A stretch of 64,000 nucleotides of DNA from Yuukianura sp. NJ FZ-2021 (lineage: Eukaryota). Of this stretch, positions 11,598 to 23,631 are shown piece by piece. The notes beneath the pieces were generated by a model. That model was not told the origin of the DNA. It saw only the letters and a list, made by a program, of their open reading frames with translations, and did no database searches. The stretch covers positions 7,130,001 to 7,194,000 of the forward strand of contig CM102285.1 of assembly GCA_046563655.1 (NCBI GenBank), read 5' to 3'. Position numbers and translations under genes: made by a program. Position 1 is the stretch's first letter; each line of letters opens with the position of its first letter.

Positions 11598-14500
11598 CTG
11601 CAATTTACAATTCAAAGTTTTGACAAAAAAATTCCATTCCACACTCGATATATTAAAATTGGAAAATTCAAATTTTCGTCAAGTTGATGCTGAAACTAAC
11701 TTTGAGTTGGAAACCTGGTTTATTTACAAGTTTCAATTTTCCGCGCTGCTTATTTGTATTTTGGAGTGCGTAGCAGTATAGTATAAAAACGAACTCTTCT
11801 TCCGAAAATAAATATGATCTTAAGATACGTGATTCTAAAATAACTTTTCAGAATTCAGTCAATACTGAACAAAAAGAATTAGTTTCTTTAAAAAAAATTG
11901 AACAAATTAAATTAAACAATAAAAATTTCTATATAGCTACCAATCCAATTCACTGAAAATCGATTGCATCCGACTAGGTAGACTAATGGGGTATTGCAGG
12001 CTCAGAGCGTAGTAACCTTCGGCTAAATCCTAACTTCCTTTTCTTAATACGAATGGGACGAAGGGCACTAAATTCCTTTTTGGTTTTATTTCTTTTTGAA
12101 CCTAAACCAACAAAAGCACAAATGCGGGTTCATTCCTCTAAACTAAAAAAAAACACCCATAAGATCTAATCCTTCGAAAAGAAATAAGGAATGGAACGAG
12201 GCACGGAGGAAAGTGAAGCCTGCCCTAACCTTAACCTAACGTTAGGATATCCTAAAGGAAAAAGCCTTTGAGAGAAAGTCCGAAACATCTTTAGAAAAGA
12301 AGAATAAGATTGGCAAAAGGAAAGAAAATTAACCCGACGAAGAATGAGACGTTCAGCGTCAAGTGAAAAAGAAACTCAATTGCCCAAATAATTGGTGTCA
12401 GAGAAAAAACGGCTTTTGCACGCTTCTAATTTAAAATAAAATGAAGTAATAAAAAGTATTTATAATTAACACAAACATGTCTAATATTAAATCAAGCATT
12501 AGAAAGCAAATTACGATTTAAGTTACAGTTATTTAAATTAACGTATAAACATAATAGTTTTGCTGGTTATGCCGTGATATTTATAAACCTTCCTGACATT
12601 ATAAACTTAAGTTTATGAGAAGGTGTGTTATGAGAAAAAAATCAGAACTATAATAAATAATACTAATTAAAATTTAGTAGTGCTTGCTTACGAGCCTTTA
12701 GGGAACACAGCACATATAGTGCGACCCACTGCAAACCAGCACCTTCTACTTCAATTGGATTCTTTTGTCTATCGCCTTCACGGAAGAAAAAATTAACACT
12801 TTCTCTTCAATGTTGCAATTTCTTTTCAATAAGAAAAGTTTCGTCGTTTTTTGCTAAAATAATTCTAGTAGTATTATATCAATGTCGAGTTTGTTCTAAG
12901 GTGAAATTCTTGGCTGCAACACAATAGACAAGGATTAAAATAGTTTTAGGTTACCAATTTCGGTGGAAATCTCTTCTAAATATATTTTATTATTTGGTAA
13001 CGCATACTTAGCAATATATCCATCTTTGACAAATTATTAATAAATATTATTAACCTATTTAAAGAATATGCGCAGCAAAATCTGTGTACTCAGAGCGACC
13101 TGTGGTTTTATTGCGAAAAAGCTCAGCGACACGATGGAAGTGGAGGAAAAATTGTTTGCATATTCGGCAAAAACTTTCACCCAAACTCAACGCCTGCGCG
13201 GCAAGCAATGAAAAATTTTAAAAAAAAGAAAATGAAGTTTCGATGCAAAGGTCATTAAATTATGGCAACGAAACACAACTGAAAACAGTATTTCCCAACC
13301 TGTTGTATTTTTTTTCGACGGAGTTTCGACGGATTTTGTGAAACACCGCTGATTCGAAAGACGACCTTGACCTTCTTGCTCTCATGATTTGGATTGCTGT
13401 AGGTTTAAAAGTAAATTTAAAAGAAAACTGAAGTATTTGTGATGTTTTAATAGAGTAAGCAACTGAATTCGATGATTATTGCGTTTCCTGTCATGGAGGA
13501 CGATAAGTTCTTGTCTAATAAAAAAACATTTCACTTTCCACTTTATTTGCCTTCACTGGCCCCATTTCCACTCAAATCCAGCAAAAAATGCTTTTAAAAA
13601 TCTCCTCCAACAGCCAAAAAGCCATTTAGTGTCATCAAAAACAGAATTTCTTCTTTTCAAAAATTTCCAACCATTCTGCTCTCTTTTGAAAAATCGGGTT
13701 TCGAATTTATTTCCTTTTTCGCCCATATAACCTCCAAAATAACTCGATATTTTTTAACCCCGTTGTTTAATTTTAACAAGGAATCATTTAAACTGAACGT
13801 TGCTCTGTTTATCTCAAATGCAACGTTCAATTAATTTAGACTAAAGAATGCCAAAACTTTTTGTTTTTTTTCTAAAATTTGACCCTTTCAGTACAAATTT
13901 ATCAATTGGCAACGTAACCTAATATTTATCAATTGCTTTCACATAGGATACTGGATGCATTTTTTTCTCATAGTCCTCACTTTCCTAGTGTTCTCGTTTG
14001 TATCTACGTGGTACATTTCAAATGTCGAGCGACACTTTCTTACTTGGGTATTTGAAAACCCTGTTTGGGCTACTAAGTGTATTTAATTTTTTAACACCCT
14101 AACTGATCTGCACAAAATAATATGAAGTATAGAGGGTTGATTAACAATCGAATTCGAATTTCTGCTTTTGATAATAAGTGGTTAAAGTGTAATTATTTCT
14201 TGATAAATTATTAAAATTCACGCCTCCTCAAAACAGCGTTCTGTGCTTCTGTTCTTGTGCTTCAATCTCTGCATGAGATCAACCCGTAATGAAAAATTAA
14301 CAACACGAAGGCTCATTTGGCAGGAGAAGAAATACACCGTCGGAGCGGAACAGGAGTCACGCCTCTGCTCTATAATTTAGCGGTGTGGAACTGTACAAAT
14401 AAAATTAATTTAGGAGCAAAAGTAATTCGTTAACGCGGAGAAAGCATGGGAAATTAAGTGTCCCATGGTGTGGAAATAATTGTTGGCCAAACGTTCTCAT

Positions 14501-17500
14501 TTTTATAGCCTTTTATGCAAAGAAAAATACATAAACTACATCTTTTTATTTTGGAATTTTGAATTTTGTCCCACATATTATTAATACTACCTCTTTATGC
14601 TTTGCAAAAAGTCTAATTAACTGTCAGAGTGATTGATGATTGCGTCTTGGCGTCATCCTCACCTTCAGTTTCTAACCTCTCATTTCCCAAAGTAGTATTT
14701 GCCGAAAGCCACCTTTACCGTTTGCACCATAAAAATCTCCTTACTGGTTCTTTTTACGCCTCACTTGACCATTTGGAAAATAGTTTCTGTTGAAATCAAG
14801 TTCCTTAATAATATATATTTTCTCTTCGTTCTTCCAGTTAAACTTGATTTGATTTTATAGAAAATTTATTTTCATCCTACGTGGAAATTAACGAGCGTAG
14901 CCATGAAACATGATAAATATCGGTGTCACGCATTTGGCAGTGGCGTCTTTGGTGCCACGTTTTAACTCCGAAAAACGCCGCTCAAAAATTTGGAGATAGA
15001 GATAGCAGAAAATTATTAACAGTTTCATCGTTGAAATATACAAAAATTATGAAATCTTTTCAAGTGCCACACTGTACTTTTCCTTTTCAAATTATCAACG
15101 TCCAATAATGAAGTAATTGTTGGAGCATGAAGCAACACTTCATTTTAGTTAAACCAAAACCAACATTTCTTAGATTAAGTTATTCATGTGACTAGAAGAC
15201 GTTAGTTGGTCAACCCAAATGATGCTCTTCTGCGGATCCGCAGCAGCGGACTATGCGTTCAAAGATCTATTTCAATTTTTTTTTGTCATAGTTTTACTTA
15301 AGATTCATTCTTATACTTTACGTTAATGTTCCCTTTTACCTGTCGTTCGGAACAGTCTTTGTTTTCACCAATCTCATTGGTTAGGTTAATTCAGGAAAGA
15401 AAGTCTATTGCTCCAACTTCTACATTCATTCCAGTCGAGGTGAACGGAGGTCAATTGATTAACTGTTAGGTTTGGAGCATCACCTTACTGCTTCACAATC
15501 CAGCTTCAGTCTGCCATCTTTACGCTCTCCCAAATATATGGTGCATCCCTTTCTCACAGTAATAGGCTGTGATGTTTCCCTATTTTTAATTGGAAATGAA
15601 ATTACATATATAGGTCTTTGAAATGAAAAATTTTGGAAAAAATATATCATTATTACGTTTTTCAGTAAAGGCGCATATGTTTTGCGTGTTCTCAAATTTT
15701 TCTTTTTAAAAATTTTCTGAAAATTTTCTACTATCACAAAGTTGTAAGGGAGAAAATATTACACGAGTCCATTAGTGGAATTAAGAAGCGACAGAATAAA
15801 GTTGTTGAAGAGCGCTGCATGTCATCGATGACAGATTGTCAGGCTCTCAACGAAAACTTAAGAGGGATTTAGGCGTGTCAATTTTTCACACGGCTTTTGT
15901 CAGAAAACCATTTCATCTTTTTCAATGACAACGCGAAACCCTTTGCGAAGTGAAAGGTAATCTGGTATACTCCCCATCCAATCCCATACTTTAATTTTAT
16001 CTGTTGTTATTCGTCATTTAGTTATTTATTATCAGTTACATAAGTTAGGAGTCAGGAAAATACGTCTTCTTTCGCACAAAATTTTTGGGAACAAAGTATA
16101 TTTTATTTACTTACATTTTTGAAAGAGAAGGGTTTTTATTCTTGTCTTTTGGCTTTTATTTCTAGATTCTCTGTTTCGTTTCTGTATTTTGAATTTCTTA
16201 GTACTAAATTAAGGTTACAATTCAAAAACGCAAATGAATAAATTTTAACCAAAATCAGGCACTCGTGGGCCAGTGTTTCTTTAAAAATTACCTAATATTT
16301 TAGGCAATGAAATGTGAAATCCTGGCAAAGCATTGAGACTCAGGAAGGGGTTAGCCACAATTTCAAATGTTGTGAGGAACAAGTATTTTTCTTGTTGCAA
16401 TTGCCTCTTTTCTACCTTTCACCAATGCAGTGTCCTTTCTAGTGACCGAAGTTTATCAACGCTTCATTTTCAAATCAACTTTCTTCTTCGGATGCAAAAA
16501 AAACGCCTCAGCTGAAAATTCCCTGGGAAAATTTATGTGCTATAGTCCATTTGGGTAGGGATTTGGAGTGATGATTCATTTGTTGACGTCTTATCCTCCT
16601 ATATGCTTCATGGATAAACCAGAATGGTAAACAATGTAGCAAACCGAAAGCCTCATGTGCTCAACGAGCTTTCATCTTTAGTTTTCACTGTATGGAAAAA
16701 TTTTTTTTTTGTGGAATGCATTTTTTTCTGCTCAAAGCTTTCAAATTTTACTTTTCACTCATCTGACAAATGTGGATTTTGGTGCTGGCCAACAACTGAC
16801 GCGAGTCTAGTTCTGGTTATACGTTTTATTGAGCTATTGATAAAAGATATAAAATGCACCAATTCAGAGCTTGGAAAAATGCCACAGAACCATATTGATC
16901 ATTGTCGGAGTTCTAAGCCAACTCCGTTGGAAGTATGTGCTAATGAAAGCATGCATGGCACAAGCCGACAAGATGAGCTAATCGATTTTTTGGGGGTTGA
17001 TACCGCTTTTATTAAAAAAGAAGAGAAAGAAATTAAATGATTGGGACAATTGGGTGTTTCGATTTTTTGATGGAAAGAATCTTGTTGGGAAGTTGACTGG
17101 ACGGGTCCATGCCATTGTTTGAAATGAATTGCTTCTAACGGAAAAGTTTCTAAGAATTACTTCCAAAAAAACCTACCATTTAACATTATTAGAAACAATT
17201 TACCTCCAATTTGAAACAATTATTTAAAAACATTTTAGTTTTTAAAAGCAATTCCTTTTAAAAACAATTCATTTTAGAACCAATGGCATGCTTCCGACTG
17301 GATAATGGCAAGAAAGTGACTTGAGCGACCATGGTCACTGGTCAGTCCATGGGCACAAAATGCTCCAGGTTTTGACAGGTAATCGTGTCGCTTAGCAACA
17401 ACTCCAGCACTAACAGCTAAAGATGGAGTTATACGGAACGACGGTGACGGTATACAAGGTTATAAGCATTAAAAAAAAGTATTTACTTTGCTAAGTGTGA

Positions 17501-17905
17501 AAAAATTACTAAATTTCCCGAAGAGTAGTTGCCATAATTTTTACATGATGTACTTTTCTGGTATAAACTAACATTCCGTACACGTAGTCTCTGTTGATTT
17601 TGGTACAACAACTGCGTATTAATGTCAAATTTTATTTAATACAGAACTAAATGAATCAATAGAGGCTATACACAATGCACTCACTTTGCTAAACGGAACG
17701 TGCCGACGTCACAACGATGGAGTTCAACGCTTTCCAGATCTGTCCCTATTTTGTAAAGCAGTGCTAATAAATCTGTCCAGAATAAAGATTTTATTTCTAA
17801 TCTGTTAAAATAAGTCAAGAATTTAAGCGTAAAAACGGAGAAGGTGATATTTTCTTGAAATTCCTTGCCAGTTCATCAATTTTCTAAGCCAGCGTCAGCA
17901 AAAGT

Positions 17906-18778
17906 TTACTCATCCAGATTATTTCCACGGAACATGTTGGTGCTTGTTTGCGTGGGTTCACTAAAGTCGTTTTTTCTGGCGGGTTGATCGTTTTCAGTCG
18001 GAACGTCTGTTAGTCCGCTGCCGCGAGACCCCGGCAAACTCTGTGGCCTATTATCATGGAAGATGGTGTCCTGCGAACCTTGAAAGTCCTCGACCGGAGC
18101 AACAGCAAAGTCATCGTTATTTTGTTGCTTATTGCGAATTTCATCATGCGAAACACACGTGCAGACTTTGTTGTCCAGAAATTCCTTCATTGCTCCGCCG
18201 ATCTTTTTTCCGTTTAAGACTCGACTCACTCCGAAAGTCTTCCATACTTCAGTAGTACACCTTCTTCCGTCAGCCTTCACGCGACACATGCTCCCAGCTT
18301 CACAGTTTTCGATTCCGTCGTTGTCATTTGGCAGGCATGCAGTGTTTTTGGGACGCACGCAATGGGATCCGTCACGTTTGTATTGCAACGGTTGACGTAA
18401 TTGCAAGAACTGCATTCCCGGGTCACCACAGACACAGCTTGAACTTGGCCCGCAGATAAGCTGCCTCTTCGCATTACACATCGGATTGTTGTTTGCTGTC
18501 ATTTTGGTTGCAAAAGCTGTTGACTCGTCAAGCAATCTTGTTAGTGAAGTTGTTGGGTAGTCGATAACGACGCGCGTAAAGTTGTCGCGATAGTCCTCAA
18601 CCGATGGGTTACATGAGTCTCCGTATTTGAGTGCCTGCGCCAAAATAGACAATTTGTCCTGGACGATTGATATGCGCGAATTATCGTTTGAAGTAGAGGT
18701 CGAGTATGTCGCCATTGGATTCCCTACTGCCGCAGCAACAGCGAAACCCAAAACCAAAACCGTCGTAAAGGAGTTCAT
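17906..18778 (-). CDS. Intronless secreted cysteine-rich protein (EB/EGF-module-like), 290 aa
   Basis: Uninterrupted ORF from ATG 18778. Signal peptide MNSFTTVLVLGFAVAAAVG. Cys cluster CNAKRQLICGPSSSCVC...HCVRPKNTAC...NCEAGSMC. Upstream TATAAAAA (18921-18914) and downstream AATAAA (17795-17790). Confidence 0.75.
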   Translation of the reverse strand: MNSFTTVLVLGFAVAAAVGNPMATYSTSTSNDNSRISIVQDKLSILAQALKYGDSCNPSVEDYRDNFTRVVIDYPTTSLTRLLDESTAFATKMTANNNPMCNAKRQLICGPSSSCVCGDPGMQFLQLRQPLQYKRDGSHCVRPKNTACLPNDNDGIENCEAGSMCRVKADGRRCTTEVWKTFGVSRVLNGKKIGGAMKEFLDNKVCTCVSHDEIRNKQQNNDDFAVAPVEDFQGSQDTIFHDNRPQSLPGSRGSGLTDVPTENDQPARKNDFSEPTQTSTNMFRGNNLDE

Positions 18779-18913
18779 GCTGTCGGATATCACGTCAGGA
18801 TAACGTTTGAAATGAAAAAGTTCGCCTTTGAGACAATTCTAGAAACTCGATTATTCAGCGATGTGGTTTTTTAAATCAAGGAATCTTTGATGTGTTTGTA
18901 ACAAATGAACCGC

Positions 18914-18921
18914 TTTTTATA
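18914..18921 (-). promoter_or_regulatory. Candidate TATA box of the Cys-rich protein gene
   Basis: TATAAAAA about 135 bp upstream of ATG 18778. Confidence 0.4.
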
Positions 18922-20095
18922 CATTTTTCAATTTTCAAAAGGCTGTGGCTTAAAAGGTAAATTTGAGAAATGACGTCCGCAATATTCTGTTGAACTCTGG
19001 TTTTAGCACCTTCGTGTAATTATGGTCATCCGAATAATTTGGACAAACAAAATATGCTTCTGGAGAAGTCACCACCACGGACTCTATTAATATTAGGCAA
19101 GTACTTTTTTTAAGCAGTTGCAAAAGTTTATGACTTTTTGTGAATTCGCTTTTTTTGTAAGTTAGCTAATATTGATTTTCGTAAAGTTGCAAATTTGAGA
19201 CGAAAATGAAGTCTTTCGGACTTGCAATTTGTTGTTTGACAGTGCAAATTGCACGGGACGGTAGCGTGTCGTCGTGCAATTTCTATGAAGTCCTAGTTGC
19301 TAATATTCTAGAGTATTCTGACTCATCTGTTTTAGCAAAAATTTTTATGTAAACTCAAGAAACAATTTTCATATTTGAAGAGTTCAAAACAAGCATCTCG
19401 GACCATTGAAATTCAACTAAAATAGCCAGGCGTTAATTATTTTCTTTTTTCTATAGATATCTTTACTATTCTCTTTTTCTACCCATGTTTCTAAAATTTA
19501 CCCATGTTCGAACACTGCTTCTACTAGCCTTTTTTTTCAAAAATAAAAAAGAAAGTTGCCACTTGAAATATATTACTCATAATCTCATTTCAATGATGAT
19601 CTAGGCGTGCCACCATTGGCAATAATAATAAATCAATCAAGCAAAATATATTAAAAATAACTTTTAAAATTACCTTCATATATTCATCATGTACAGTAAT
19701 GATATACATATCTGTATAATACGTTTATAACATTTATGGTACAATTCGCAGCTTTCTACTGCGGCTGGTGTAGAGCAATAGAAAGAAGAGTGTAACCAAC
19801 GTGATCCAGAAGACTGTTATTAATAAAGCGTTTTCTGGGAAATGATTCTAAGCCAAATCCAAACAAATTATGTCATCCGACGTTGAATAATTGAAATGCT
19901 AATTTCGATGTATTCTATATGTAGTAATTCTAGCTGTGGCCAAAATTTTAGACAGTGGAGAAAGGAGAAGTTTAGGCATCTTTCACTTGTCTGAAATTCA
20001 CTCAATCTGGCTTTGAGCCATAACCCAAAATATTCCTTTTGTTTCCTCTCCATTTGTTCCCTTTGATGACTCTTGAGCTCAACCTGATTAATGAC

Positions 20096-20292
20096 CAGGG
20101 TTGCAAAAAATATTTACTAAAAACCAGCGAAATATTCAAATAAATGCAATATTTACTGAAAAAGCTGGAAATATTTACTAGCTTAACATTACGGGCATGG
20201 GGAAATAAATAAATATTTCGTAACAAAAATGCTCGAAATATGGATTTTGTTAACATTACAGGCATGGGAAGTAAATATTTTTTGCAACCCTG
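20096..20292. mobile_element. hAT-type MITE (197 bp)
   Basis: Perfect 22-bp TIR CAGGGTTGCAAAAAATATTTAC. 8-bp TSD TTAATGAC (20088-20095, 20293-20300). Confidence 0.9.
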
Positions 20293-20974
20293 TTAATGAC
20301 TGACAAGTGACAACCGTTCACCAAACGGGTTCTATCGAAATAGAAAACGATTTCAAAAATTATTAATGTTAAAGATGCTTAAGTTGCCGTTTCGAACTTT
20401 CTTCTTTTGTTTTTGTATATTTATTCACATATTTATTTTTTCCTTAATTCAGAAACGGGTCTTAATCCGAAACGTTGTAAAGTCTAATTTCTTCATTTCG
20501 TTCAAGAAAACAAATTTCAAATACACTGGAAATGTCAAGCGAGCCATGTTTTGCTCTTTTGACTTTCATTTCACATTTTTTCAATTTCCAGGATTGCCCT
20601 AAAAAGTATTTTCTGGCCTTAACAATTTCCAAGACATGTATATGGTAGTTTTAGGATTATTACTTTTACAACCTAAACTACAAGAAGAAAGTAGGCGTTA
20701 TGCTTAAGAATTCCAAAGGTCGAATGGAGATTGATTGGTTTCTGTTGTTGCCAATTTAGTTTGAAAGGACGCACTCACGTAACAGCCCCTTTTGTCTTCT
20801 CATACAGGCAAAAAAAACTTCGACTTCACATGAGAACGAGAATTGTCCGTTGCTTTCCTTCTACTTTCTTCAAAGTTCAAATTGTTAGTTTAGATGTGCA
20901 TGTTAGCCCAAATAAAGAAAATACTACAGAATTGCCCATCCATTCTATGAAAAAATAAACTTCATGCAAAGACG

Positions 20975-21350
20975 GTGTGAGTAAGTATCGTCAGGTAATT
21001 TATAGAGAATTCCCGTGCGGAATATCGCTGACCTTGACCTCTGATATAGTTAGAGATCACTTGTGGTCAAGCAATAGTCGGAATCCTGTTCCTGGCGTCC
21101 TCAAAGATCCATACCCGCAAACTACTTCCGAAGTACCCTTTCCGAATTGTAAAGAAAACGATGACCTTGACCTTTGGCAATGTTATAGGCCACTTACTGT
21201 GAATCCCAAAACTCATTTTTTTTTGTCACAAATCAGCAGTTACTAATTAACGAAAACAGATTGGAAATGAGTGTAGTGATCATCGAGTTATTATAAGCGT
21301 TACAGACGGACGGACGTACAATACAACCTCTTTAAGTAGCTGACGATACT
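20975..21350 (-). mobile_element. Old interspersed repeat, HINE/Helentron-like family 2 (related copies at ~52990-53550 and ~56070-56620 on +)
   Basis: Shares TGACCTTGACC motifs, a TGACGATAC(T/G)TAC segment and a GACG/CCGT microsatellite (CAGACGGACGGACG at ~21303) with the other copies. Boundaries approximate. Confidence 0.35.
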
Positions 21351-22267
21351 TAAATATGGCAGAAAGGGAACGAGCGCGGGAAGTGAAAGCATTTCTAAAG
21401 CTAAGGAAAGTCTAATGAGTGTTTTCTGTTCCAAAGCTTCTCAATTTACTGTAAATTCTTGACAGGCGGGAATTTTATTTCTTCCTCCTGCTTTCACTGC
21501 CTTCTCCACTGCTTTCACTACTTCCTTCGCTCATTCCAGGAAGAAGACAAATGCTTTCAGCCTCTGACTTATTGGAAGTCTAATCTAAAGGTACACGAAC
21601 ATGTTAAGGATCCAAGGCTTCTTCCGGCACGATCTCCAGATCACTTCCAGTGCACCATTCTTTACCTATTCAAAGGAATGGCAACCTACTTTCTCTTGTT
21701 TTTTAAAATAAAACACGCAACTCTGCTTTCCTTTAGCTTATTTTTTCAACAACAAACAGACTTTATTAGTGAAACAACGTGGAGTTGTGCAATAAGCATA
21801 AGTTGAAGTGGAAGCAACCGGAACGTTGTATGTAGGTAGATAAATTGTGCTTCAGACAAGGAGGAAACGGGAAAAAGTTTAGAAACTTCTGTTTTCGAAA
21901 TTCAATACTTCTTTTACTTTTAAATTTTAAGGAAAGAATTGGAAGAAAAAGAAGTTCAAATCAAATGGAAATCTGGTGGAGTTGTTACCCACAAATCCTA
22001 ACAATTGATTCTTCTCAGCAAATGACAAACAAAAAAAAGTTTCTTTGAGCTATTACTGGTTTCCAATTTCGAAGTTCCAAGATAACGTTTTCAAGCCTTA
22101 ATTGCGCACTTTAACTGTTTCGGCCTCAAAACGCTACCGGCTAACGTAACTCTGACAAATGTGCAACTCCACCAATCTGAGCGCTACAATCAAAACTTCT
22201 AGCCTAATGCACGTCTAAGTTTGTTAAACATGGTCTTAAATTTCTAGTTTTCTAAGCATCTTCAATT

Positions 22268-22644
22268 TGTTGTGAAGTAAACTCACTCTCCGGATTATGT
22301 TAACTATTAGTCTTTTGTTCTCTGCAAATCCTAGTTTTTGCACATGTAATCCAGTTAGAACTAGTTCTCTAAGTTAAAAATAGATTTTTAACCGTTAGTC
22401 TTTTGTTTTGTGCACAATGTAGTTTACATTAGATCTGCATGTAATTAACTCGGCGCGTGTCCGATGCCTATAAAAAGGGCTCGGCCGTGACCTCTCCAAT
22501 TCACTTCTAATCCAAATCTTAAACTTACCAGAACTCTGCCGGTTTGCACACCGACACGAGTTCAACAACCTCAAACTTTCTGAATAAAAGTTAATTCTAC
22601 TCCAGATAGCGAGTCAAACCGAGAATAACGTTTATTCCAGAACA
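22268..22644 (+). repeat. 5' LTR (377 bp)
   Basis: Direct repeat of 28527-28904. TATAAAAA at 22469, AATAAA at 22583. Confidence 0.97.
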
Positions 22645-22645
22645 T

Positions 22646-22657
22646 TGGTGGACGAGC
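22646..22657 (+). promoter_or_regulatory. Primer binding site (tRNA-Ala-like)
   Basis: TGGTGGACGAGC 1 nt after the LTR. Complementary to a tRNA 3' end ...CGUCCA-CCA, with U70 and A73 as in tRNA-Ala (inference). Confidence 0.7.
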
Positions 22658-22688
22658 TAAAACGACGACCTCGACCTCCACTTCCAAT

Positions 22689-23588
22689 ATGAATGATCTA
22701 ACTGAAACAAAACCCACCGGGTCCGCTTCGGCGTCGACCAAGGGTTTTGACCTTAAGGCGGTGGTCCGCTCGATCCCTCCGTTTGACGGAAGGACGAACG
22801 TTGACCTGTTGACCCTGAGGTGTGATGCATTATTGGCATCAGGTGCTGTGGACAGCAATTCGCTGATCCTGCACTTCCATCAATTGATGGAAGGCGAAGC
22901 ACTGGAATGGTGGCGTTGGTCACAGACCAAAATTCTAAGGGGATTGACCCCAAACAATGCAGACACAAAATGGAATGAATTAAAATATGCAATTAGGTCA
23001 TTCTATGACCCAGAAAACGTCAAAAATGACGCGAAAAAGAAACTCAAATCCATTTTGCTGCAAAACTGTGATACACCATCCGAGTACGTTGCAAAACGTT
23101 TAGCTTGCCTCTCGGTCATTGACCCTGACATGTCCGAAGAGAAGCAAGTTGAAAAACTCATCAAAGGCTTACCATATTCCATGAAAAACATGATGATTTT
23201 AGTTGACCCACAAAGTCCAGCTGAGTTTTTGCAAAAACTTCGCAAATGCGAAAAACCAAACTTTGCTGACAAGAGAGGTCAAAATCAAGGTCAAACTCCT
23301 GGTCAAAGTCAAAATGCACAATACAAAAACAAATCACATGCAAATTCTGGACAGCAATTAGACAATGGTAATTCCACAAACACAAAAGATTCCACTGTCA
23401 CAGGAACTTCAGAAACTGAAGTTGACAAACAGTCCAGTTTTCGCAAACGCAAATTTTGCAGTTTTTGCAAACGAAATGGACACACTTATGAAGAATGTTA
23501 TTCTAAGAATAGAGTAAAACCAGGCAGCACTTCATTTACATCTGTTGACACAACAGAACAAACAGAAACTTTAAATACAAAAAACTAA
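22689..23588 (+). CDS. gag: Gag (capsid region plus CCHC zinc knuckle), 299 aa
   Basis: IPPFDG, MEGEALEWW and KLIKGLP motifs. CX2CX4HX4C knuckle CSFCKRNGHTYEEC. Lies directly after the PBS. Confidence 0.93.
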   Translation: MNDLTETKPTGSASASTKGFDLKAVVRSIPPFDGRTNVDLLTLRCDALLASGAVDSNSLILHFHQLMEGEALEWWRWSQTKILRGLTPNNADTKWNELKYAIRSFYDPENVKNDAKKKLKSILLQNCDTPSEYVAKRLACLSVIDPDMSEEKQVEKLIKGLPYSMKNMMILVDPQSPAEFLQKLRKCEKPNFADKRGQNQGQTPGQSQNAQYKNKSHANSGQQLDNGNSTNTKDSTVTGTSETEVDKQSSFRKRKFCSFCKRNGHTYEECYSKNRVKPGSTSFTSVDTTEQTETLNTKN

Positions 23589-23631
23589 AAACACCGGGTG
23601 TATACGCTCACCCTATAGCAAAATCAGCGTA
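23579..23631 (+). promoter_or_regulatory. -1 ribosomal frameshift signal (slippery heptamer plus H-type pseudoknot)
   Basis: A AAA AAC (23579-23585) immediately before the gag TAA. pol is in the -1 frame and open from here. Stem 1 GGGTG (23596-23600)/CACCC (23609-23613). Stem 2 TACGCT (23603-23608)/AGCGTA (23626-23631). Confidence 0.8.

Noticed and set aside
16624..17040. 138-aa ORF
   Set aside because: No motif, low-complexity T-runs, no supporting splice structure.
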